DNA of 64,000 nucleotides, taken from the IMG/VR virus record IMGVR_UViG_3300005711_000021, positions 53,990 through 117,989 of that record; one strand, given 5' to 3'. The stretch is from a virus (Duplodnaviria; Caudoviricetes). The notes under the pieces are model-generated. The model was not told the origin of the DNA. It saw only the letters and a program-made list of their open reading frames with translations, and did no database searches. Every line of letters starts with the position of its first letter. Position 1 is the stretch's first letter. Shown one piece after another: positions 50,189 through 58,376 of this stretch. Position numbers and translations under genes: made by a program.

Positions 50189-51226
50189 TTATGGATAAAC
50201 AACTGTTTCGTTTACCCATACTTTATTCATTATTAAATAAGTATCTTCTCTAGGAATAAAAAAATCATCATCAAGGACCATCCATAAATATACATTTGTG
50301 AAATCAGAAGTGCAATCATACTGATAAGAATTATAATTATTTAATCCTGGCGTCCCAGTACTACCATAGATACCTGTTGCAATTCCCAATGATGGAAATG
50401 TGCTACTTGTTGATAAGCAAACTCTTCCAGTTTGTCCATATTTATCTGTAGAAAAACTTCCTCCATTGGGCAAAGTAGCATGTAATATATTTACTCTTAT
50501 GCTGTCACCTGCTTTTAAAGAAAAAGGATGTGTACTTCTGATAGCACATTTACCATAACCATTATAACCAGAAGCAATTTGACAGTAATCAGGACCAACA
50601 TAATTATGACCATATGTTGAGTTGTGTTGAATACTTGTCATAGCAATTTTAAAATTGACTGGTCCTCCATATTGAACAATATTAACCCATGAGTTATTTA
50701 TATTTGCATAAGTTGTTGATCCTACCCATGTGCCATTAATGTTTACATATTTACTTTTTGGAATTATCCATGCATCATTTACTTTAATGTGTTCTTTTCT
50801 TGTTTTCATTGGAAGTGAAACTTTAGTAATCCATCCTATATCTTCATTTCTATTTACAGAACCATCTTTTGCATAATAAAAATGTAAATAATATGTACCT
50901 GGAACTGTTATTTTATAAAAATATGTTAATTCAGATCTCTCTCCACTTATATTAGCCATATTCCCTTCGTTTCTTCCTGGCGGAGTGCTACTAGTAGAAA
51001 CATGCAAAGACATAAAATCGCAGCCGCCTTCTGAAGATACACCAATTGTAGCACTAACTGAACCGACTTCGGCTTCAAATTTTATATATCCACTTGTTTG
51101 TTGATTATGTGAAATTGGATTGCTTATTAATCTATTACTTACAAAAGTAAAGCCTCCTTGATTAAACACAATATCACTATGATATCCAGATGGAGGAGAT
51201 GTTAAATTTAATGTATAATTTGCCAT
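50189..51226 (-). CDS. Putative receptor-binding adhesin
   Basis: VSSEGGCD...ISGE...YAKDGS beta-sandwich, KVNDAW/NINGTW repeats, C-terminal beta domain. Confidence 0.55.
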   Translation of the reverse strand: MANYTLNLTSPPSGYHSDIVFNQGGFTFVSNRLISNPISHNQQTSGYIKFEAEVGSVSATIGVSSEGGCDFMSLHVSTSSTPPGRNEGNMANISGERSELTYFYKITVPGTYYLHFYYAKDGSVNRNEDIGWITKVSLPMKTRKEHIKVNDAWIIPKSKYVNINGTWVGSTTYANINNSWVNIVQYGGPVNFKIAMTSIQHNSTYGHNYVGPDYCQIASGYNGYGKCAIRSTHPFSLKAGDSIRVNILHATLPNGGSFSTDKYGQTGRVCLSTSSTFPSLGIATGIYGSTGTPGLNNYNSYQYDCTSDFTNVYLWMVLDDDFFIPREDTYLIMNKVWVNETVVYP

Positions 51227-51236
51227 ATGTCCCTCC

Positions 51237-52562
51237 TTAATATTTTATCCATATATCGTTATTTGCACCACCACTAGGACTAGCTGTAGAGATAGTAGTT
51301 CTTTTTACGTTACCATTAGAATTCCCAATTGTTAATGCATGACCAGATGATAAATTACCTGTAGAGTTTGAAATTACAAGTGGTCTTAATCCATTCCATA
51401 TACCAAATGGATCACCTGGGTTTGAAAACATAAAGTATGTATTACTACTATCATTTCTAATAAAGAAACTTTGATTGCCTTGAATCATTCTGAGGCCATT
51501 TGGATGATGTGTTATTAATTCTCCAGATGCTCTAAAATTACCGTCTGTTACTAAGTTACCATTTCCTTCAGAATATATTTTTTGCCCACGATCACCACTA
51601 TATGGTGCAAAATAAATTCCAGTATGTCCATTTGCTCCTTTTATACCTAAACAACCTGCAACGTTACAGTCACCCATATAAACATCATCACCAATAAAAT
51701 TCCATGTATTATTAGCAAGGTTTAAAGGACCAGTCATCAACCCCCCAGTTGCAGGCAATGCTCCAATCTCAGATGGAGTTGGCTTACTTCCAGTGCTATA
51801 TATTCTTCTCCATCCAGGTGAATATCCAGAGCCATTATTAACATATATAAATTCAGCATTAGTTGTGCCATGTGCAGTTGTAGTAGGCGTATGAATTCTA
51901 ATAGTGTAATTATTTTCATTACCTATAACTTCAACAGTGCATCCAGCAAGATGTATATTTCCACATCCCGTATCAGTAATATATCTATTATTAGCATAGG
52001 ACCAAGAACCTCTACATACCCAATATGGTTGTGAAAAAGCACCAAAACTTCTAAGTAAACTTATGAAATCTGAAGTTTTCATATCAGTTTCAGCATTTCC
52101 AAAGTTTACCCATGCTGAAAATGCTCTACCTGTACCTAGCTCAGCATGATTCCATGAAACATCAGCTGAACCATCAAATAATTTACCTGTAGCCCCAATT
52201 TTTATTGTTCTAGGTGTTTGTAATTTAGTAGCAGTTGTAGCATCTCCACCATTATCAATTGCTTTCCAATTCCCATAAGTATTATCTATTTTAGCTCTTT
52301 TAAAAATCTTACCACTTCTAATATCTGTTAATATCTGTGTTTGCCAACGTGTATTGGTAACTCCACTTGAAATAACTTGTAAAACAAAATCATTATCTCC
52401 ATTAGTATAACCATCAGGATATCCACTTGTACTATTGAAGAAATGATAATTTCCAAATCCTAAATCTTGATTTAAAGTTTGATTACGTGGCATTTCAATA
52501 AGTTTGTCTAATTTATTATTTTTTAAGTTCGTGATATCTTCAAGTACTATCGGTTGTGACAT
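51237..52562 (-). CDS. Tail fibre segment (N-tag family)
   Basis: ATTATKLQTPRTI..FDGSAD, PYWVCRGSWSYANN..TDTGCGNI, KPTPSEIGAL, FFIRND..WNGLRP, PSGGANNDIWIKY. Confidence 0.8.
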   Translation of the reverse strand: MSQPIVLEDITNLKNNKLDKLIEMPRNQTLNQDLGFGNYHFFNSTSGYPDGYTNGDNDFVLQVISSGVTNTRWQTQILTDIRSGKIFKRAKIDNTYGNWKAIDNGGDATTATKLQTPRTIKIGATGKLFDGSADVSWNHAELGTGRAFSAWVNFGNAETDMKTSDFISLLRSFGAFSQPYWVCRGSWSYANNRYITDTGCGNIHLAGCTVEVIGNENNYTIRIHTPTTTAHGTTNAEFIYVNNGSGYSPGWRRIYSTGSKPTPSEIGALPATGGLMTGPLNLANNTWNFIGDDVYMGDCNVAGCLGIKGANGHTGIYFAPYSGDRGQKIYSEGNGNLVTDGNFRASGELITHHPNGLRMIQGNQSFFIRNDSSNTYFMFSNPGDPFGIWNGLRPLVISNSTGNLSSGHALTIGNSNGNVKRTTISTASPSGGANNDIWIKY

Positions 52563-52592
52563 ATTATCGCGTCCTTTCTAATAATTAATAGT

Positions 52593-52697
52593 TTTATCTA
52601 GTTGTTATAAATTCTTTTAATAACTCTATAACCTTTTTTTGGATTTAATAACTATTCCATTTTTACCAACTACACCACATTCTTTACGCTTAGAAAA
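52593..52697 (-). pseudogene. Decayed remnant of the 3' end of the 54201-56210 fibre gene
   Basis: Aligns to 54201-54390 with deletions; the adjacent intergenic/RBS/start region is also duplicated. Confidence 0.8.
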
Positions 52698-52706
52698 TGG
52701 AATACC

Positions 52707-52994
52707 TTAAACATTAAGATTAAGGTATTCCATGATTAAATTAAGTTTGTCATTAATAGCTGTTAATAATTCCATATTTAATGAGTTATCTTTAGCAGTT
52801 ATTGCTTCAGTCACTTTTATTTCTTTAACCTCAATTGGTTCACTAAACTCTCTTGTTTCGGGATTGAATTTTAAATAGGATTGCGATTCTGCGAATTCAT
52901 CTTGTGATACTTCAACATATGATTCGTTTATAAGTTCACCAATCGCATGTTCTACGATATTAAAATTTTCGTCTAATAGTAAAAAATAGTTCAT
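52707..52994 (-). CDS. Tail fibre assembly chaperone-like protein
   Basis: Small acidic protein (LLDEN.NI...KFNPETREF plus coiled coil) directly downstream of a fibre gene. Confidence 0.55.
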   Translation of the reverse strand: MNYFLLLDENFNIVEHAIGELINESYVEVSQDEFAESQSYLKFNPETREFSEPIEVKEIKVTEAITAKDNSLNMELLTAINDKLNLIMEYLNLNV

Positions 52995-53011
52995 TTACAC
53001 GCACCCCCTTT

Positions 53012-54169
53012 TTATTTGTTCACATACGCTATCGGTATAATAGAACTTCCACTATGATCGTGGTTCGTAATACTAACCGTATTATCGAACGGTATCATAA
53101 TTTCGTGTTTGTACGACTGGTAACCTGACTCATCTGTAGACATAATATTTGCAAAGTCGGTAACCATTTTTCTCGAAACGATTGTCCTACCATCGACCAC
53201 AATGGTAATAGGGTCACGAGCGTACCAGAATGATACTCGTAATAACCCTCCTTTTGAGTTCGAGTAAGTAAACGTTTTGTTATTAGATAGAGTCTGTTCA
53301 CCAAGAACTACTACTGTTTTTCCCACATAATCACCTCCACACATTCGCTTAATTTGTTCTAAAGTATAGCCCCCTAATTTATTAGCATTTCCTACGGTTA
53401 TACCAGATGTATGTTTTACATAACAATTCTCATCATCTCCACCATTAAACGCATAAAAATATGGTGTGTCGTTTGAATATATTGGACGGTCATTGCGTGG
53501 ATGAAAATGCACTCCGTCTACCGAATGAGCATTATTTGCAAAATCTACTTTTGTAGTGTGTCCTTCAACATAAAGTTTAAACATACCATCTGAATCCCTA
53601 TTATGTTGGCACATTAGTGGGAAACCTGTCCCATGTGAATTACCATTACTAGCGAATGTTCCTAGTTGATATCCATGTAGTCCGTCTACCGTATCAGCAT
53701 TACCACCATCATGTGTTTTAGTCCACTGTGACCACGTTCCAGCATTAAAATTTCTCTCATATTTTATATGGGGACTATAATTCCAAGAATTATAAATTTG
53801 ATTAATCCTGTCACCATTCCCATATATAAGAACAGTTCCCCAACCATCACCTATAGGAACATTTGTCGTAGAAGAAGAACACATCCAACTTCCACCCTTT
53901 TTCCAATTGTTTAAATCATTACCGAAAAGATCATTTCCATAATGATTTATTTTCATAGTGGTTGTATTTAAATCATTTAGCATTATACCCACATCTGTAT
54001 CTTCATTGTTAACTTTAACATATAGGTTATTATTTACTCCCACTTTTTCAAAATGAGTAGTTCCAGTAACTTTTCCACCACTTAAAGGTAAATAATCATG
54101 AGTATGAGTTTTATTAGCCTTATTCTTTTGTAAATCTTTTAAATCAGTTAATACTTTCGGCTGTGCCAT
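53012..54169 (-). CDS. Tail fibre segment (N-tag family)
   Basis: HTHDYLPLSGG, knob-like WSQW domain, NADTVDGLH repeats; C-terminal domain shared with 56378-57145. Confidence 0.8.
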   Translation of the reverse strand: MAQPKVLTDLKDLQKNKANKTHTHDYLPLSGGKVTGTTHFEKVGVNNNLYVKVNNEDTDVGIMLNDLNTTTMKINHYGNDLFGNDLNNWKKGGSWMCSSSTTNVPIGDGWGTVLIYGNGDRINQIYNSWNYSPHIKYERNFNAGTWSQWTKTHDGGNADTVDGLHGYQLGTFASNGNSHGTGFPLMCQHNRDSDGMFKLYVEGHTTKVDFANNAHSVDGVHFHPRNDRPIYSNDTPYFYAFNGGDDENCYVKHTSGITVGNANKLGGYTLEQIKRMCGGDYVGKTVVVLGEQTLSNNKTFTYSNSKGGLLRVSFWYARDPITIVVDGRTIVSRKMVTDFANIMSTDESGYQSYKHEIMIPFDNTVSITNHDHSGSSIIPIAYVNK

Positions 54170-54200
54170 ATTATCATGTCCTTTCTAGTAATTAATAGTT

Positions 54201-56210
54201 TTATCTAAAAACAACTTGAATAATGTTGTCAGAGATTCTTTTAATAACTCTATAACCCTTTTTGGATTTAATAGCTATTCCATTTTTACCAACTGAACAA
54301 TATCCATTAATTTCACAAGTGCCGTCATCTCTTACTTTGATTTGACCAAGCATACCAACTACGCCCCATTCTTTACGTTCAGAACGTGGAAGATATTCCA
54401 TATTTGGATCATAGTCAGGATTTAACTTGATATGTTTTTCAGTTACAGTTTTAGTCTTTGTTTCTATTTCACCAGTTTCTTCATTTAAAACTAATTCTTC
54501 TTTTTCTACTTCGACATCTTCATATTGTAGTCTATCGAATTCGTCTCTTATGTACATATCATTCCATGAATCTTCACAAGCATTACCAATAATAGATTGA
54601 TTTCCAGAAATAATACCTACAATGTAATCATCATCTGGATTAGCTATTCTAATCTTATCTCCATCTAATGTAACAAATAAACCTATTCTATCTTCATTAT
54701 CAGGATTTCCATCTTTCCATTCAAAGTATTCAGCATAGTCAGCACCTGTAGAGTTAAAAGCAGATAAACCATAAGATTTACCATCAAATGTTACTCTAAA
54801 AGCATTAGAACGAGATGAATCATTTGAACCATTTCCTATAACAAAAGCGTTGTTTGTTGCAGAAAATGCAGTTACGTTACCTTCACTCTTTTTGTTATAT
54901 GTTCCAAGAACATGCAGCATGCTGGTTTCGGCAATCGTGTGATGTCCTTCAGCATGAGAGTAGCTTCCAGCTGCTTTAGTATACCATCCTTCTGAATGAG
55001 AACCATTACCAGAAGCAGTAGTATGATACCCTTCTGCATGAGCATGAATAGCAATTGCTCTACTAGCATATCCTTCAGCATGCGAAGACATTTGAGTAGC
55101 ATAAGTGTCATTGCCTTCGGCGTGTGAATAAGGACCAGAAGCATAAGTATCATATCCCTCAGCATGTGAAAAATCACCTTTTGCTTGACATGAATATCCT
55201 TCTGTATGTGAACAATCGCCCTCAGCTTTTGTTTTATACCCTTCAGCATGAGAATAGTCACCAGTTGCAATATTTTCATATCCTTCAGCGTGTGAATTTT
55301 CTCCAATTGCATGTACACTATATCCTTCTGCATGAGAAAACATACCAGACGCGACATTAGCACAGCCTTCTGCATGAGAACACATACCAGATGCGATATT
55401 AGCACCTCCTTCTGCATGAGAATAATCACCTTTCGCTGCATTCATGGCTCCCTCTGCATGAGAAGCATCTCCAAAAGCGGCGGTATTATGTCCTTCGCAA
55501 TGACTTGCTAGACCCCAAGATATACTAACTTTTCTATCTTCATCAAGTTCTTTCCAGTAGTCGTAAGCTCTATCAGCGTCATCGCCAGATAAAGCGGCAT
55601 TATTCATATCTGCTAAATTAGAAGAAATCCCCTCAGCATGAGAAGATTCACCAGATGCTGTTGTTTTTTCACCCTCTGTATGAGATTTTTCTCCAAGAGC
55701 AACAGTATCATATCCTTCGGCATGTGAAGATTCACCTTTTGCTCTGCTATTAAAACCTTCAGCATGTGAGTATTTACCATCAGCTTTACTGCCAAATCCT
55801 TCAGCGTGTGAAGCTATTCCACTAGCAACAGCATTTTGTCCTTCTACATGAGAAGTTTCTCCAAGAGCTTTATTATTGCCTCCTTCAGCATGTGACTTTG
55901 CACCAGAAGCAACATTGGTTCCATAATCATTAAAAACTTCACCTAACGTTGAATTAGGATATATTTTTCCAACTAATCCAGTAATCATTGAAGCAGGATG
56001 TGTATTAGGATGTGTATAAACAGTATCTGTAAATTTAGCATTTGCAGGCACATTACTTAAAACTGTTTTACCATTAACTGTGTTAGCATTTCCGCCGTTA
56101 GCAGGAAGAGAAGATGGTCTTCCAGTAAGATTATTCCAAGTATGATCTGCAACATTTAACTTATTCTTTTGTAAATCTTTTAAGTCAGTTAATAGTTTTG
56201 GTTGTATCAT
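54201..56210 (-). CDS. Adhesin-like fibre with SHAEG repeats and C-terminal Peptidase_G2-like autocleaving chaperone
   Basis: About 20 14-aa A.G..SHAEG repeats (YadA-head-like); GADYAEYFEW.DGNP..EDR.G...PRSERKEW.VVGMLG..RDDGTC. Confidence 0.85.
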   Translation of the reverse strand: MIQPKLLTDLKDLQKNKLNVADHTWNNLTGRPSSLPANGGNANTVNGKTVLSNVPANAKFTDTVYTHPNTHPASMITGLVGKIYPNSTLGEVFNDYGTNVASGAKSHAEGGNNKALGETSHVEGQNAVASGIASHAEGFGSKADGKYSHAEGFNSRAKGESSHAEGYDTVALGEKSHTEGEKTTASGESSHAEGISSNLADMNNAALSGDDADRAYDYWKELDEDRKVSISWGLASHCEGHNTAAFGDASHAEGAMNAAKGDYSHAEGGANIASGMCSHAEGCANVASGMFSHAEGYSVHAIGENSHAEGYENIATGDYSHAEGYKTKAEGDCSHTEGYSCQAKGDFSHAEGYDTYASGPYSHAEGNDTYATQMSSHAEGYASRAIAIHAHAEGYHTTASGNGSHSEGWYTKAAGSYSHAEGHHTIAETSMLHVLGTYNKKSEGNVTAFSATNNAFVIGNGSNDSSRSNAFRVTFDGKSYGLSAFNSTGADYAEYFEWKDGNPDNEDRIGLFVTLDGDKIRIANPDDDYIVGIISGNQSIIGNACEDSWNDMYIRDEFDRLQYEDVEVEKEELVLNEETGEIETKTKTVTEKHIKLNPDYDPNMEYLPRSERKEWGVVGMLGQIKVRDDGTCEINGYCSVGKNGIAIKSKKGYRVIKRISDNIIQVVFR
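54940..55900 (-). repeat. SHAEG coding repeats (42-nt period)
   Basis: Recurrent CCTTCxGCATGxGA on the + strand; boundaries approximate. Confidence 0.85.
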
Positions 56211-56377
56211 GTACATATCTCCTTTTAAAGTCAAAATTATGTCAAATTAAATAATTATGTTTGTATAGCTGTTAATGTTTTTAATAGCTATAAGTAACTT
56301 TGGCCGTAATATGAGGCATCTAATGTATTTTATATTTATTATTTTTTTATCTATATATGTAAAATTGTTTAAGTATA

Positions 56378-57145
56378 TTATTTATTAACATATGCTGTTA
56401 TAGCAGCATCTGTATTAGATGCTTGGATAAACACACTAGAACTAAATGGAATAATCATTTCATAGATTTGATTTGTTCTATCTTGAAGATGTGCACATTG
56501 TCCTACACGTATCTTAGCCATTTTTGAAACACCATCAATAGTTATTCTTTCTATCATAGAATTTCCACCAGCTAAAAGAGTTAGTTTTAACAATCCACCT
56601 TTTGGATTAGAATAACTCCATCCATTTGCACTACTAAATGAAACATCTCTAAAAAAGACAATATCTTTTCCTTCAAAATCTCCTTTTGGACTATTTGCTA
56701 TTTTACTTTCTAAATCTGCAGTTTTATTTTGTAAACCTGATAAACTATTTTCTAGGCCAGTCGTTTTACTTTTTAAACTTGATAAGTTATTCTCTAGTCC
56801 TGTTGTCTTACTTTGTAGACCTGATAAATTGTTTTCTAAACTTGATGTTTTACTTTGTAACCCAGATAGATTATTTTCTAAACTTGATGTTTTATTTTGT
56901 AATCCTGTTAAGTTGTTTTGTAAACCAGATATTTGTGAAATATCATGTGTTGCAGGATGAACATACACAGTATCTGTGAATTTAGCATTAGCAGGTACAT
57001 TACTTAAAACTTGTTTATTATTAGTAGTATCAGAATTACCTCCATTTGCAGGAAGTGCAGCAGGTTTTCCTGCTAAATTAGCCCATGTATTTTCGGTCTT
57101 GTCTAGCTTATTTCTCATATCTGAAATTATTCTTGGTTCTGGCAT
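56378..57145 (-). CDS. Short coiled-coil tail fibre (N-tag family)
   Basis: LPANGGN..VPANAKFTDTVY.HP.TH, LENNLSGLQSKT repeats, KGGLL...IPF..AYVNK head. Confidence 0.75.
   Translation of the reverse strand: MPEPRIISDMRNKLDKTENTWANLAGKPAALPANGGNSDTTNNKQVLSNVPANAKFTDTVYVHPATHDISQISGLQNNLTGLQNKTSSLENNLSGLQSKTSSLENNLSGLQSKTTGLENNLSSLKSKTTGLENSLSGLQNKTADLESKIANSPKGDFEGKDIVFFRDVSFSSANGWSYSNPKGGLLKLTLLAGGNSMIERITIDGVSKMAKIRVGQCAHLQDRTNQIYEMIIPFSSSVFIQASNTDAAITAYVNK
56708..56917 (-). repeat. About five 42-bp tandem repeats encoding a coiled coil
   Basis: LENNLSGLQSKT(S/T)(S/G) units. Confidence 0.85.
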
Positions 57146-57170
57146 AATACCATCCCTCTCTTATTTATAT

Positions 57171-58172
57171 CTATAACTTATCTTCATAAGCATCTAGTCG
57201 TAACCGTAAATCATTTAGCTTAGTTTCTAAATCACTTATAGCTTGTGTATCTTCCTTTAAATATGTATAGTCGATAAATTCTCCACTTTCTAATGGTTTA
57301 TTTAGTGTTATTTTATTTCCTTCTACTTTATAGTCTAAGTCTTTAAATAATCTTGCTCCTAACATATATACTTTTAGTTCTTTATCAACTGCATCTTCAA
57401 CTATGTTAAAACTATCTACATTTGAAGTAGCATTATATCTAACATGTACTTCTTCAACAGGCATATCCATATTTAACTTGATGACAACATAATCTATATG
57501 TTCACCTGCTTCTAATGGAAGTGCTAGACGAATATCGCCACCTACTATTTCATACTCTTTATCTTCAAATAAACGAATTCCTAGTTGATAAACAACTACT
57601 TTCTTTTCATAAATGTCTTCTTTGATTTCAATCTCTGAAGTTGGTTTTGTAGCAACAAAACGATAGCGAGTACCTGTATAAGGTGCAAAACCTACATCGA
57701 AAGATCCTCCATTACCACCGCCAGCTTTTGCTAAATCATATACTTCATTAATAGCTTCAACCAAAGTTGTTTTATTTGATGTTTGAAGATCTGCTAAACT
57801 TCCTATGCGTGGTTTATTAGATAATTCTTCATAGTTATAACTAGAATGTGTAATTTTAACAAAGATTGATTCTCCTTTTTTTAAAGTAAAAGTAAGAGAA
57901 ACTGTGTTTTTAGACAATGTAAAGTTTTCTACTTCATTAAGTCGTAATCCTTCAAAGTAAAACTGTGCTGTATCTGTTGTTGGATTATATATATCAGTAG
58001 GTATTACAAAACTAGTTACATCATTTTCTGCAGTAAATTGAAAACCACCATGACCAGTCATAAAGACATTCTTATAAAGATTACCAAACGCGTCGGCGTG
58101 AAAACCATCTACGGTATCTGCGTCAACTGTGTCAAATGTTGAACCTGTCCATATTAAATCTCTTATTGACAT
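57171..58172 (-). CDS. Proximal fibre/adaptor protein with three repeat domains
   Basis: DADTVDGFHA, IGSLADLQTSNKTTLVEAINEV, three VY.LG.RL..D.Y domains; ends LRLRLDAYEDKL. Confidence 0.7.
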   Translation of the reverse strand: MSIRDLIWTGSTFDTVDADTVDGFHADAFGNLYKNVFMTGHGGFQFTAENDVTSFVIPTDIYNPTTDTAQFYFEGLRLNEVENFTLSKNTVSLTFTLKKGESIFVKITHSSYNYEELSNKPRIGSLADLQTSNKTTLVEAINEVYDLAKAGGGNGGSFDVGFAPYTGTRYRFVATKPTSEIEIKEDIYEKKVVVYQLGIRLFEDKEYEIVGGDIRLALPLEAGEHIDYVVIKLNMDMPVEEVHVRYNATSNVDSFNIVEDAVDKELKVYMLGARLFKDLDYKVEGNKITLNKPLESGEFIDYTYLKEDTQAISDLETKLNDLRLRLDAYEDKL

Positions 58173-58376
58173 TTTAACTTGCCACCTTTCTATTATTTAT
58201 TTTATACATAACTATATTACTAAATAATAATCTTTAATTAACAATCGCTCTTGCACTGAGTGGTTTAAAAAAATAAAGAAGATAGTAATAAAAAAATAAA
58301 AACCATGGTAATAAAAAAATATAGCTAAATTTTTCTCTTTATGGAGAAAAAAAATAATAAAGAAAGGAAATATAAA
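58173..58376. promoter_or_regulatory. Divergent promoter region of the fibre locus
   Basis: Intergenic gap between divergent operons; GTAATAAAAAAATA twice on + (58285, 58308) and GTAATA on - (58215-58220). Confidence 0.5.

Noticed and set aside
54940-56917. CRISPR array
   Set aside because: Periodic repeats are degenerate, in-frame and protein-coding, with no repeat-spacer structure or cas operon.
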